DNA of 64,000 nucleotides from an uncultured Candidatus Saccharibacteria bacterium (GTDB lineage Bacteria > Patescibacteriota > Saccharimonadia > Saccharimonadales > JACQNP01), in the NCBI GenBank assembly GCA_964610775.1, contig CAZSZC010000002.1, positions 33,600-97,599 on the forward strand, given 5' to 3'. Below, piece by piece: positions 57,232 to 64,000 of the stretch (its first letter is position 1; the number at the start of each line of letters is the position of its first letter). The position numbers and the translations under genes were made by a program. The notes below the pieces were generated by a model. That model made no database searches. It was not told the DNA's origin and saw only the letters and a program-made list of their open reading frames with translations.

Positions 57232-59318
57232 AAGAACTACTAGTTGGCAATTTGAGTTGGCAAGCATTACCCCATGAATGGTTTACCATCGGTGGTACAC
57301 TAACATTTTTGCTACTCGCACTAATCGTGATTATAGTCATAACACGTACTAAGCGGTGGACTTGGCTTTGGAAAGAATGGCTGACTACAGTTGATCCGAA
57401 GAAAATCGGTATCATGTATTTCATTGCAGGCGGGGCTATGCTCCTTCGTGGCGGACTAGATGCGCTAATGATATGGCTACAACAAGCTCTCTCATCTGGC
57501 AGTTCACACGGATATCTTTCGTCAGACCACTTTCAACAAATTTTTACAGCCCATGGCAACATAATGGTATTTTTTGTGGCTATGGCCTTTATTTTTGGTC
57601 TCATAAACTACATTGTACCTCTACAGATTGGTGCGCGTGATTTAGCATCACCTCTCATGAACACACTTGGGTTTTGGTTGTTTATTGGCGGAATAATAAT
57701 GGTGAACATGTTCTTCCTATTTGGTGGCCAGTATGCGGCAACTGGTTGGCTGGCGGTTGCCCCGCTTTCCGGGAAAGAATTTAGCCCCGGTGTAGGCGTT
57801 GATTATTGGGTATGGAGCTTGATGATATCGGGTATAGGTACAACCCTTGGTGCAATTAATTTCATTATGACAATCCTGAAGATGAGAGCGCCAGGTATGA
57901 AGTTGTTTATGATGCCCCTTTTTACCTGGGGTTCACTTTGTAGCATGGTTATGGCGGTCACAGTGTTCCCATTGCTGACGGCAACACTTTTTTTGGTGTA
58001 CTTTGATCGCGCTCTTGGAACACACTTCTTTACAACCATGGGAGGTGGCGACCCTATGATGTATACCAATCTGATCTGGATGTGGGGACACCCGGAAGTA
58101 TACGTTTTGATTCTGCCAGCTTTCGGCCTATTTTCAGAAGTAGTTTCAACATTTAGCCGAAAAGCTATCGCCAGTTATAAGTCGGCTGTATGGGGTATGA
58201 TTGGCGTTTCGTCACTAGCATTGTCTGTATGGCTACATCATTTCTTTACTATGGGGGCTGGAGCTGATGTAAATTCGTTCTTCGGTCTCATGACCATGTT
58301 GATTGCAATACCGACTTCGGCACTCGTTTTCAACTGGATAGCAACTATGTACAAAGGCAATATACGATTCGACACACCAATGTTGTGGTTTCTCGGATTT
58401 GTTAGCATATTTGCCATTGGCGGCATAACTGGTGTAATGCTGGCTGTGCCGCCAGCAGATTTTCAGTTGCATAATAGCCTATTCTTGGTGGCTCATTTTC
58501 ATTCAACCGTAATTGGCGGGGTACTCTTTGGAGTTTTCTGCGCCTTGTCTTATTGGTTCCCAAAGTTCACAGGCTTTAGACTCAATGAGAGAATTGGTAG
58601 ATATGCATTTTGGTGCTGGTTGATTGGATTCTGTTTGTCATTTATACCCATGTACATATTAGGATTTATGGGTGCTAGCAGAAGGCTCGACCATTACGAA
58701 GCTTCTACTGGCTGGCAGCCATTTTTTATACTAATGCTGATTGGGGGCATAGTTATCGCCATAGGTGTAGCTTTGCAGCTTGCTCAAATTCTAGCTAGTT
58801 TTATAGAAAAGAAGCGGCTTCGCACTACTGCTGACCCTTGGGACGGGCGATCGCTGGAATGGTCAGTTGACTCACCTCCGCCATTTTATAACTTTACGAC
58901 TATACCTCACGTATCGACACGAGATGCATATTGGCAAAACAAGCGACATATTAAGCCGACAAAAGCCAAATACGAGGATATACATATGCCAAAAAATACT
59001 GCAGTCGGTATATATATCTCGATTTTTGGGACGCTTGCATCTTTTGCTTTCGTTTGGGACATAGTCTGGCTTGCAGTGGTATCAATAATTGGTATTATAG
59101 TGACCTTTATTATTCGAGGATTCAATGAGAATTCCGAGTACACACTTGCCGCCGCAGAAGTACAACATATTGAGGAATCCAGATTAAAGGCTGTATCATC
59201 AGCTGGGCCCATCAAAACATACAACAAGGATGAAGACATGGGCTTATTAGATCTTGTTAAATTTATATATGGATTCACTCTAGATTTTATACGTAATAAA
59301 CGGTGGTCATCACAATGA
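57228..59318 (+). CDS. cyoB: cytochrome bo3-type quinol oxidase subunit I (heme-copper oxidase)
   Basis: 696 aa; canonical HCO subunit I His ligands (WGHPEVY, HHFF..., VAHFH); 4-nt overlap with cyoA. Confidence 0.95.
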   Translation: MKELLVGNLSWQALPHEWFTIGGTLTFLLLALIVIIVITRTKRWTWLWKEWLTTVDPKKIGIMYFIAGGAMLLRGGLDALMIWLQQALSSGSSHGYLSSDHFQQIFTAHGNIMVFFVAMAFIFGLINYIVPLQIGARDLASPLMNTLGFWLFIGGIIMVNMFFLFGGQYAATGWLAVAPLSGKEFSPGVGVDYWVWSLMISGIGTTLGAINFIMTILKMRAPGMKLFMMPLFTWGSLCSMVMAVTVFPLLTATLFLVYFDRALGTHFFTTMGGGDPMMYTNLIWMWGHPEVYVLILPAFGLFSEVVSTFSRKAIASYKSAVWGMIGVSSLALSVWLHHFFTMGAGADVNSFFGLMTMLIAIPTSALVFNWIATMYKGNIRFDTPMLWFLGFVSIFAIGGITGVMLAVPPADFQLHNSLFLVAHFHSTVIGGVLFGVFCALSYWFPKFTGFRLNERIGRYAFWCWLIGFCLSFIPMYILGFMGASRRLDHYEASTGWQPFFILMLIGGIVIAIGVALQLAQILASFIEKKRLRTTADPWDGRSLEWSVDSPPPFYNFTTIPHVSTRDAYWQNKRHIKPTKAKYEDIHMPKNTAVGIYISIFGTLASFAFVWDIVWLAVVSIIGIIVTFIIRGFNENSEYTLAAAEVQHIEESRLKAVSSAGPIKTYNKDEDMGLLDLVKFIYGFTLDFIRNKRWSSQ

Positions 59319-59899
59319 CTCATAAAATCGATCACGAGTCAGAAGCTAACGACAGAGCACTTTTCGGGTTTTGGATCTACTTAATGACCGACCTTTTAAT
59401 GTTTGCAGTTCTTTTTGCTGTTTATTCAGTCCTGCACAATAACACAAGCGGAGGAGAAACAGGACGTCAACTTTTCAGTCTACCATTGGCACTTACTGAA
59501 ACTATAATTTTGCTTACCAGTAGCTTCACTTGTGGGATTGGTATGATCGCAGCCCGTCGCGGCAATAAGAGCCAAGTACTACTTTGGTTTGGTATTACCT
59601 TCGCTTTAGGATTAGCATTTTTGAGCCTAGAGCTAAAGGAATTCTCCACACTAATACAAGAAGGTCATACCCTGCGAAGTAATGCATTTATGTCTTCGTT
59701 CTTTGTGCTTCTAGGTACTCACGGTCTTCACATTGCCTCTGGTTTGCTATGGATGGGTACTACCATGGCATTTATCATAAAGCGAGGACTCAATTCACAC
59801 ATGGTGCGCAAGCTTACAATGCTAAGTCTATTCTGGCATTTTCTGGACATAGTTTGGATCTTTATATTTACCATTGTGTATCTGGGGGCATTTGTATGA
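59303..59899 (+). CDS. cyoC: cytochrome bo3-type quinol oxidase subunit III
   Basis: 198 aa; FGFWIYLMTD, GTHGLHI, LFWHFLDIVWIF motifs. Confidence 0.85.
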   Translation: MVITMTHKIDHESEANDRALFGFWIYLMTDLLMFAVLFAVYSVLHNNTSGGETGRQLFSLPLALTETIILLTSSFTCGIGMIAARRGNKSQVLLWFGITFALGLAFLSLELKEFSTLIQEGHTLRSNAFMSSFFVLLGTHGLHIASGLLWMGTTMAFIIKRGLNSHMVRKLTMLSLFWHFLDIVWIFIFTIVYLGAFV

Positions 59900-60582
59900 G
59901 CAAGACCCATCATCATTCAACCACTGAGCACGGAACCATAGTTTCTTACGTAATTGGATTCATTCTATCTTTACTATTCACGTTCATACCTTATTACCTT
60001 GTCGTTAATCAAATCATTACAGGTACCTCACTGCTAATAACTATTGTTGTTTTCGCTTTAATACAAATGGTTATACAAATAACCTTCTTTCTTCACATTG
60101 GCAGAGGGCCGAAGCCGAATTGGAACTTGTTCTTTTTCTTATCAACATTTGTAATCATATTGGCTGTAGTGGGTGGATCAATTTTCATCATGAATAACCT
60201 TCACTACAATATGTCACCAAAAGACAAAATAAAGAAAATAGTCAATGACGAGGGCATATCACAAATTGGGGGCGAACCCACAGGAGCCTGTCAAGAACTC
60301 TTCGATAATCATAGGATAATTATTAAGAACGGCCAGGCCTACCCCTACAGTGTCACGGCAAAAAGATGCGACACACTTACATTTATAAACGAGGACGAAA
60401 CGACACGCGAGATTGCGTTCGGTGAGCACCCATACCATGAATCTTATGCTGGCAGCAGCGAAATTATAATTGTGCGAAAAGGACGAGGCAAAACGATAAC
60501 CCTATCCGAAAACGGAACTCATAAGTTCCACGACCACCTTCACGAAGAGACGGCTGGCGAATTCACCGTAACAAGCGAATAA
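59896..60582 (+). CDS. cyoD: quinol oxidase subunit IV fused to a ~115-aa C-terminal beta-rich (cupredoxin-like) domain
   Basis: Start at the ATG at 59896 (ATGA overlap with the cyoC stop); the caller's upstream extension overlaps cyoC. First ~110 aa has 3 TM helices (CyoD-like); remainder is soluble, with the pattern CDTLTFINEDETTREIAF and a His-rich THKFHDHLHEE stretch. Confidence 0.75.
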   Translation: MSKTHHHSTTEHGTIVSYVIGFILSLLFTFIPYYLVVNQIITGTSLLITIVVFALIQMVIQITFFLHIGRGPKPNWNLFFFLSTFVIILAVVGGSIFIMNNLHYNMSPKDKIKKIVNDEGISQIGGEPTGACQELFDNHRIIIKNGQAYPYSVTAKRCDTLTFINEDETTREIAFGEHPYHESYAGSSEIIIVRKGRGKTITLSENGTHKFHDHLHEETAGEFTVTSE

Positions 60583-60585
60583 GAC

Positions 60586-61128
60586 TTACTGTATTTGCTC
60601 GGCGATTTGCATGAGTTTGCGCAGTGTATTTATGTTGCGAATTGTCATCTGTGAATATAGTTCCGTATTAATCAATCTTGGAACTTTGCTTTTTGACAAA
60701 TTATTACGATCGATATTCCATACTAGGGCACCATCACAATACTTAAGTGTTTCAATGTTTGGATTTACACCAATTTTGTTAAGTATGTTTGAATTATTAA
60801 TATTGTCCTTGAGGAACATTACATCAGTTTTAGTTGCACCATTATTTTCCCAACTAATAGGTATTGAATCATTAATGTAACGAAGTTTATTTAAGCCCAT
60901 AACAACAACTGGGATAGTGAAGCCAAATTCATCATCAATAGCACCTTCAATTTGCATTCTTAACTGCGATGTTGAGCTATCATATGCAGCAAAGACTACA
61001 TTACCGGAATTTATGTAAGTTACTACCTTGTCAAAACCCAAATTCTCAAATAATTTTTTAAGCCTTAGCATTTCAACTCGACTATTGCCTCCAACATTTA
61101 CACCTCTTAGAAATGCGACATAAACCAT
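60586..61128 (-). CDS. DUF1697-domain protein
   Basis: 180 aa; MVYVAFLRGVNVGGNSRVEMLRLKKLFENLGFDKVVTYINSGNVVF is the DUF1697 N-terminal signature. Confidence 0.65.
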   Translation of the reverse strand: MVYVAFLRGVNVGGNSRVEMLRLKKLFENLGFDKVVTYINSGNVVFAAYDSSTSQLRMQIEGAIDDEFGFTIPVVVMGLNKLRYINDSIPISWENNGATKTDVMFLKDNINNSNILNKIGVNPNIETLKYCDGALVWNIDRNNLSKSKVPRLINTELYSQMTIRNINTLRKLMQIAEQIQ

Positions 61129-61137
61129 ACTTATATA

Positions 61138-61797
61138 TTAGTTCTTTTTGTTTGCTTTGTTTTTACCAGAAAAAAGTGACATACGCAGTATCCGCACAGC
61201 CACGGCTATAATCAAAACTATAAAAGTAACTAGTAGTATCAATCTCCAAAATGATTCTTTGAAATCCGTACCGCTGTTAAGAACATGAAATACAACCAAA
61301 ACCATGACTGCATAGCTAATAACATGCGTCCATTTCCACAATCTTTTATGTTTCGATATCCAACCTACCGTATCAAGTGAGCTAAATATGACAACATAGG
61401 CTCCATATGCCGCCAATATACCGGCTGGAATAGCTAAAAGTCCTAGATGCAAGCCAAATAATGATGTGCCGTTCGAGTAGTTCTTTAAAAATGGTACGAA
61501 TATTTGAGCCAAAGAAAAATTAACATAATGATCAGCTAATAATCCTAGCATATGGATAGCGATACTAACAGCCAAAGTTATAGCCATAGCCTTGTGTACT
61601 GACCAAGCTTTAACGGGAGAAAAAAGGCGATAAGTCCAGCCTGTAACATGACCAATACCAGATATCATAAGAAGTACTAATAGGGTTAACGAAACGAGTC
61701 CTGAAGCTCTAATAACATACCAAGCCCAAGAATCGCGAAGTGTTGACGTAACTACTTCTGATGACGATACTGCAAAATATACATAACTAGGATGCAT
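61138..61797 (-). CDS. ferric-reductase-type transmembrane domain protein (MsrQ/NOX FRD-like bis-heme b membrane subunit)
   Basis: 219 aa; 5-6 TM; two His pairs spaced 13-14 residues apart in separate helices (HKAMAITLAVSIAIH; HVISYAVMVLVVFH), as in heme-ligating FRD helices; 11-nt overlap with apbE. Confidence 0.7.
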   Translation of the reverse strand: MHPSYVYFAVSSSEVVTSTLRDSWAWYVIRASGLVSLTLLVLLMISGIGHVTGWTYRLFSPVKAWSVHKAMAITLAVSIAIHMLGLLADHYVNFSLAQIFVPFLKNYSNGTSLFGLHLGLLAIPAGILAAYGAYVVIFSSLDTVGWISKHKRLWKWTHVISYAVMVLVVFHVLNSGTDFKESFWRLILLVTFIVLIIAVAVRILRMSLFSGKNKANKKN

Positions 61798-62710
61798 GTA
61801 TCATGCCCTCCTTCTGATCTATCATATATGAACCGTCTGTATATTGCAGCGCCTTACCGAGTATGGGTTCACTACTTTTACTTTTAGCAAAATCAATGGA
61901 TGAGTTAATCAAAATTGATTTAGCATATACATCGGCCGCTATAGCACTGGAACATACAACAGTAACTGATAAAATGTTGGTGTTAGCAGACCCACCAGTT
62001 CGTGGATCGATTATATGATGCCAATTTTTACCTCGTCGTTTAGTTACGCCAGAGGTTGCAATGGCTATTTTACCAAACTTCTCATTCGTGACTACGGCTA
62101 ATGTCATTTTATTGTCCGAGGCTTTTGCAATCTCAATCTCCCAAGCCTTACCATCAACATCTTTACCGTTGCATATTACGTCGCCGCCAAGAGAAAGCCA
62201 GTAGTTATGAATCTGCTTTTTGTCCAAAATATGCGATAGAGAATTTAGTAAGTAACCCTTGCCAATGCCGCCAAAATCGAGAGCCGTATCATAAGGTATC
62301 ATCGCTAAATCGTTTTTTAGATTAATCATCTCTGCATTTGCTATTTTGCGACCCCTAAGGTCTAGCTTACTATCATATATATCAGGTGCCGGCCACGAAC
62401 CAACATAGCCCGCTTGTTGGAGTGATGGCAAAATAAATGGATTGAAGATACCCCCTGTTAGTTTCGAGTAATACTTAGTCTCTTGTAATAATTTAGTGAA
62501 TTCGGGCGATACCTTCACATTGTGTCCAGATTGTGCATTAAAAAGTGACAATTCACTATCAGGCCTAAACCTACTAAATCGCTGTTCAAAATCATCAACA
62601 TATTGCCATATCTCCAAGAATAGAGAATCAATTTTTACTATCGGATGAACTACTAGAGTAATAACAGCTTCGGAACCGAGCTTGTATTCAATCTGTTGAT
62701 AGCGTTTCAT
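61787..62710 (-). CDS. apbE: FAD:protein FMN transferase
   Basis: 307 aa; FGGIGKGY and ATSGVTKRRGKNWHHIIDPRTG are the ApbE signatures; no obvious signal peptide; 2-nt gap to the upstream gene. Confidence 0.8.
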   Translation of the reverse strand: MKRYQQIEYKLGSEAVITLVVHPIVKIDSLFLEIWQYVDDFEQRFSRFRPDSELSLFNAQSGHNVKVSPEFTKLLQETKYYSKLTGGIFNPFILPSLQQAGYVGSWPAPDIYDSKLDLRGRKIANAEMINLKNDLAMIPYDTALDFGGIGKGYLLNSLSHILDKKQIHNYWLSLGGDVICNGKDVDGKAWEIEIAKASDNKMTLAVVTNEKFGKIAIATSGVTKRRGKNWHHIIDPRTGGSANTNILSVTVVCSSAIAADVYAKSILINSSIDFAKSKSSEPILGKALQYTDGSYMIDQKEGMIHAS

Positions 62711-62711
62711 G

Positions 62712-63791
62712 TTATGAAACCTGTGATCGCGGACTTTGATAACTATTCATCATTGTTGGGCTGCTAGTAGAATTTGCAGAACTTGGGGTTGACGACGAGC
62801 TTGGTGCAGGAGTAATAGGCTGAGCTGGAGCAAGATTATTGTCTGTTGTTGTATTACTAAGAGGTAGGTCATCGTCCTCTTCTGTGCTTTCAGGAATTGT
62901 GGGTGAGATCTTTTTGGTAGTTTGCTGAACTTGTGTACTTGGCTCTAGTGACTGTGCCAGATTTAACTTGTGTTCAATATCTTTAAAGCCTACGCCACTA
63001 ACAAGTACCAAGAAAGCAACAAAACTCAGTGTATAGGCAACCTGAGAAGGAGTAAGTCCAAATACTTTTGAAGATTTTTTCGTACTTGATGAAAAACTCT
63101 CCGTCCATATATTATCTTCGTGCACGCCCATACCGCTCAGGACTTTTGTCATAGAATTCATCATTCCTTCGGGCCCACAAATGTAATAATCGAACTCGTT
63201 GACCCGTTCGCCAACCAGCGAGCTCAAATGACTGTCGTCAATCGGGCCCTTAATATAACCCCTGTTTTCCCCTGGTAGTTTTGATAAGAAAAAATAAGCT
63301 TTTATCTTAGGATTATCGTTTACTATCTGCCTTATGTCTTCCTCATAAGGTATGTCACTCATGTCACGACAAGCATAAAGCAATGTTACCGACCGGTCAG
63401 AGTGGTCTATCTCTGTGGTACGCAACATACTAATGAACGGTGTTATACCTATACCGCCAGCCATCAAGACAACACTTTTATCATCTTCGTGTAGCACAAA
63501 GTCTCCATAGGGTCCCTGTACCTTAATATCATCACCGGTTTGTGAACTTGCTAAATCTCGAGTAAAATCCCCAGTTACTCTAAAAGCAAATTCTAGTACT
63601 CCGGCTTGGTTTGATATGCTCGTAAACGACAAACATCGAACAGGAGACCAGTGATTATTTCTTTTAATCGATAAAGTAGCGTACTGACCGGCCCAAAATA
63701 CCATCTGATCACGAGACGTCTCCGGCTTCAAAGTTAATACTACGTAACTACCTCTTTTATCTACGTTATAAACTTTATATTTATTCATCAT
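62712..63791 (-). CDS. FNR/Fre-like NAD(P)H:FAD oxidoreductase with C-terminal TM anchor and extracytoplasmic Ser/Thr/Pro-rich tail
   Basis: 359 aa; FAD motif RCLSFTS, GPYG, NAD(P) motif VLMAGGIGITPF, YYICGPEGM. Then KKSSK plus TM helix (VAYTLSFVAFLVLVSGVGF), then an ~85-aa low-complexity P/S/T/acidic tail. Confidence 0.7.
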   Translation of the reverse strand: MMNKYKVYNVDKRGSYVVLTLKPETSRDQMVFWAGQYATLSIKRNNHWSPVRCLSFTSISNQAGVLEFAFRVTGDFTRDLASSQTGDDIKVQGPYGDFVLHEDDKSVVLMAGGIGITPFISMLRTTEIDHSDRSVTLLYACRDMSDIPYEEDIRQIVNDNPKIKAYFFLSKLPGENRGYIKGPIDDSHLSSLVGERVNEFDYYICGPEGMMNSMTKVLSGMGVHEDNIWTESFSSSTKKSSKVFGLTPSQVAYTLSFVAFLVLVSGVGFKDIEHKLNLAQSLEPSTQVQQTTKKISPTIPESTEEDDDLPLSNTTTDNNLAPAQPITPAPSSSSTPSSANSTSSPTMMNSYQSPRSQVS

Positions 63792-63834
63792 TTTATACTT
63801 TATCCAGATTTACTTAGTTAAAGCTGAGAAGTAA

Positions 63835-64000
63835 TTAAATTCTTTGGTCGTAAGCCTTTATGACTGAATCAATATTAATCCCGTTAGTTACATTCCTATA
63901 GCCAGCTTGATCTAGTTGATACTTAACCTTCCCCGCCCTGGCTCCGGTCCGACAATAAAGAACTATTTCTGCATCTTTAGGAATCGAACCAAAACTTTCT
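63835..64000 (-). CDS. rhodanese-domain protein, C-terminal part (5' end beyond window)
   Basis: Minus-strand translation ...ESFGSIPKDAEIVLYCRTGARAGKVKYQLDQAGYRNVTNGINIDSVIKAYDQRI* has the rhodanese active-site loop CRTGARAG; stop codon at 63835-63837. Confidence 0.5.
   Translation of the reverse strand, partial: ESFGSIPKDAEIVLYCRTGARAGKVKYQLDQAGYRNVTNGINIDSVIKAYDQRI

Noticed and set aside
59749-59895. N-terminal 49-codon extension of the cyoD ORF
   Set aside because: It overlaps the conserved C-terminus of cyoC in another frame. The ATG at 59896 forms the typical ATGA stop/start coupling with cyoC.
1-64000. CRISPR arrays, tRNA/rRNA genes, transposases, integrases or prophage blocks
   Set aside because: No intergenic region exceeds about 250 bp. 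No direct-repeat/spacer periodicity is present. No ORF shows DDE transposase, tyrosine/serine recombinase, capsid or terminase motifs. No GC-rich cloverleaf-like segments were seen in the gaps.

Overview
This is a compact, low-GC bacterial chromosomal window. It is almost entirely coding, with short intergenic gaps, many start/stop overlaps, and about 74 protein genes. No rRNA, tRNA, CRISPR array, transposase or integrase was seen. The gene content fits a reduced-genome bacterium of the Saccharibacteria/CPR type, but that is an inference I cannot confirm without a database search.

Housekeeping blocks identifiable from the translations:
- Replication, repair and recombination: dnaE, uvrB, rnhB-yraN, rmuC.
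- Translation: gatC-gatA-(inserted membrane gene)-gatB, pheS-pheT, rplS, and a TrmH-family methyltransferase.
- Central carbon metabolism: gap-rpiB-rpe-tktN-tktC-fba-PfkB kinase, malic enzyme, ppa, galU.
- A thiol-redox cluster: FNR-like reductase, MarR, trxB and a glutaredoxin-like protein.
- A type IV pilus/T2SS-type ATPase (pilB).
- A Zur-ZupT divergent pair.
- A DHA2-family MFS exporter and an ABC exporter.
- A complete cytochrome bo3-type quinol oxidase operon (cyoABCD) with divergent heme O synthase (cyoE).

The best candidate for an undescribed system is the minus-strand operon at 60.6-64.0 kb. It encodes a membrane-anchored FNR-like NAD(P)H/FAD dehydrogenase with an extracytoplasmic Ser/Thr/Pro-rich tail, an ApbE flavin transferase, a ferric-reductase-type bis-heme membrane protein, a DUF1697 protein, and an upstream partial rhodanese. 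Together these look like a split NOX/MsrQ-Fre-like transmembrane electron-export module coupled to flavinylation.

Other points worth a second look:
- CyoD carries a ~115-aa cupredoxin-like C-terminal extension.
- Ribosomal protein L19 has an Ala/Glu/Lys-rich repetitive tail.
- A PH-PNPOx fusion protein.
- Two pairs of unannotatable hypothetical genes, at 2.6-3.9 kb and 24.7-26.7 kb.
- A three-gene DUF4342 mini-operon with a strongly basic 65-aa protein.
- Several perfect inverted repeats: two bidirectional terminators and two operator-like palindromes.
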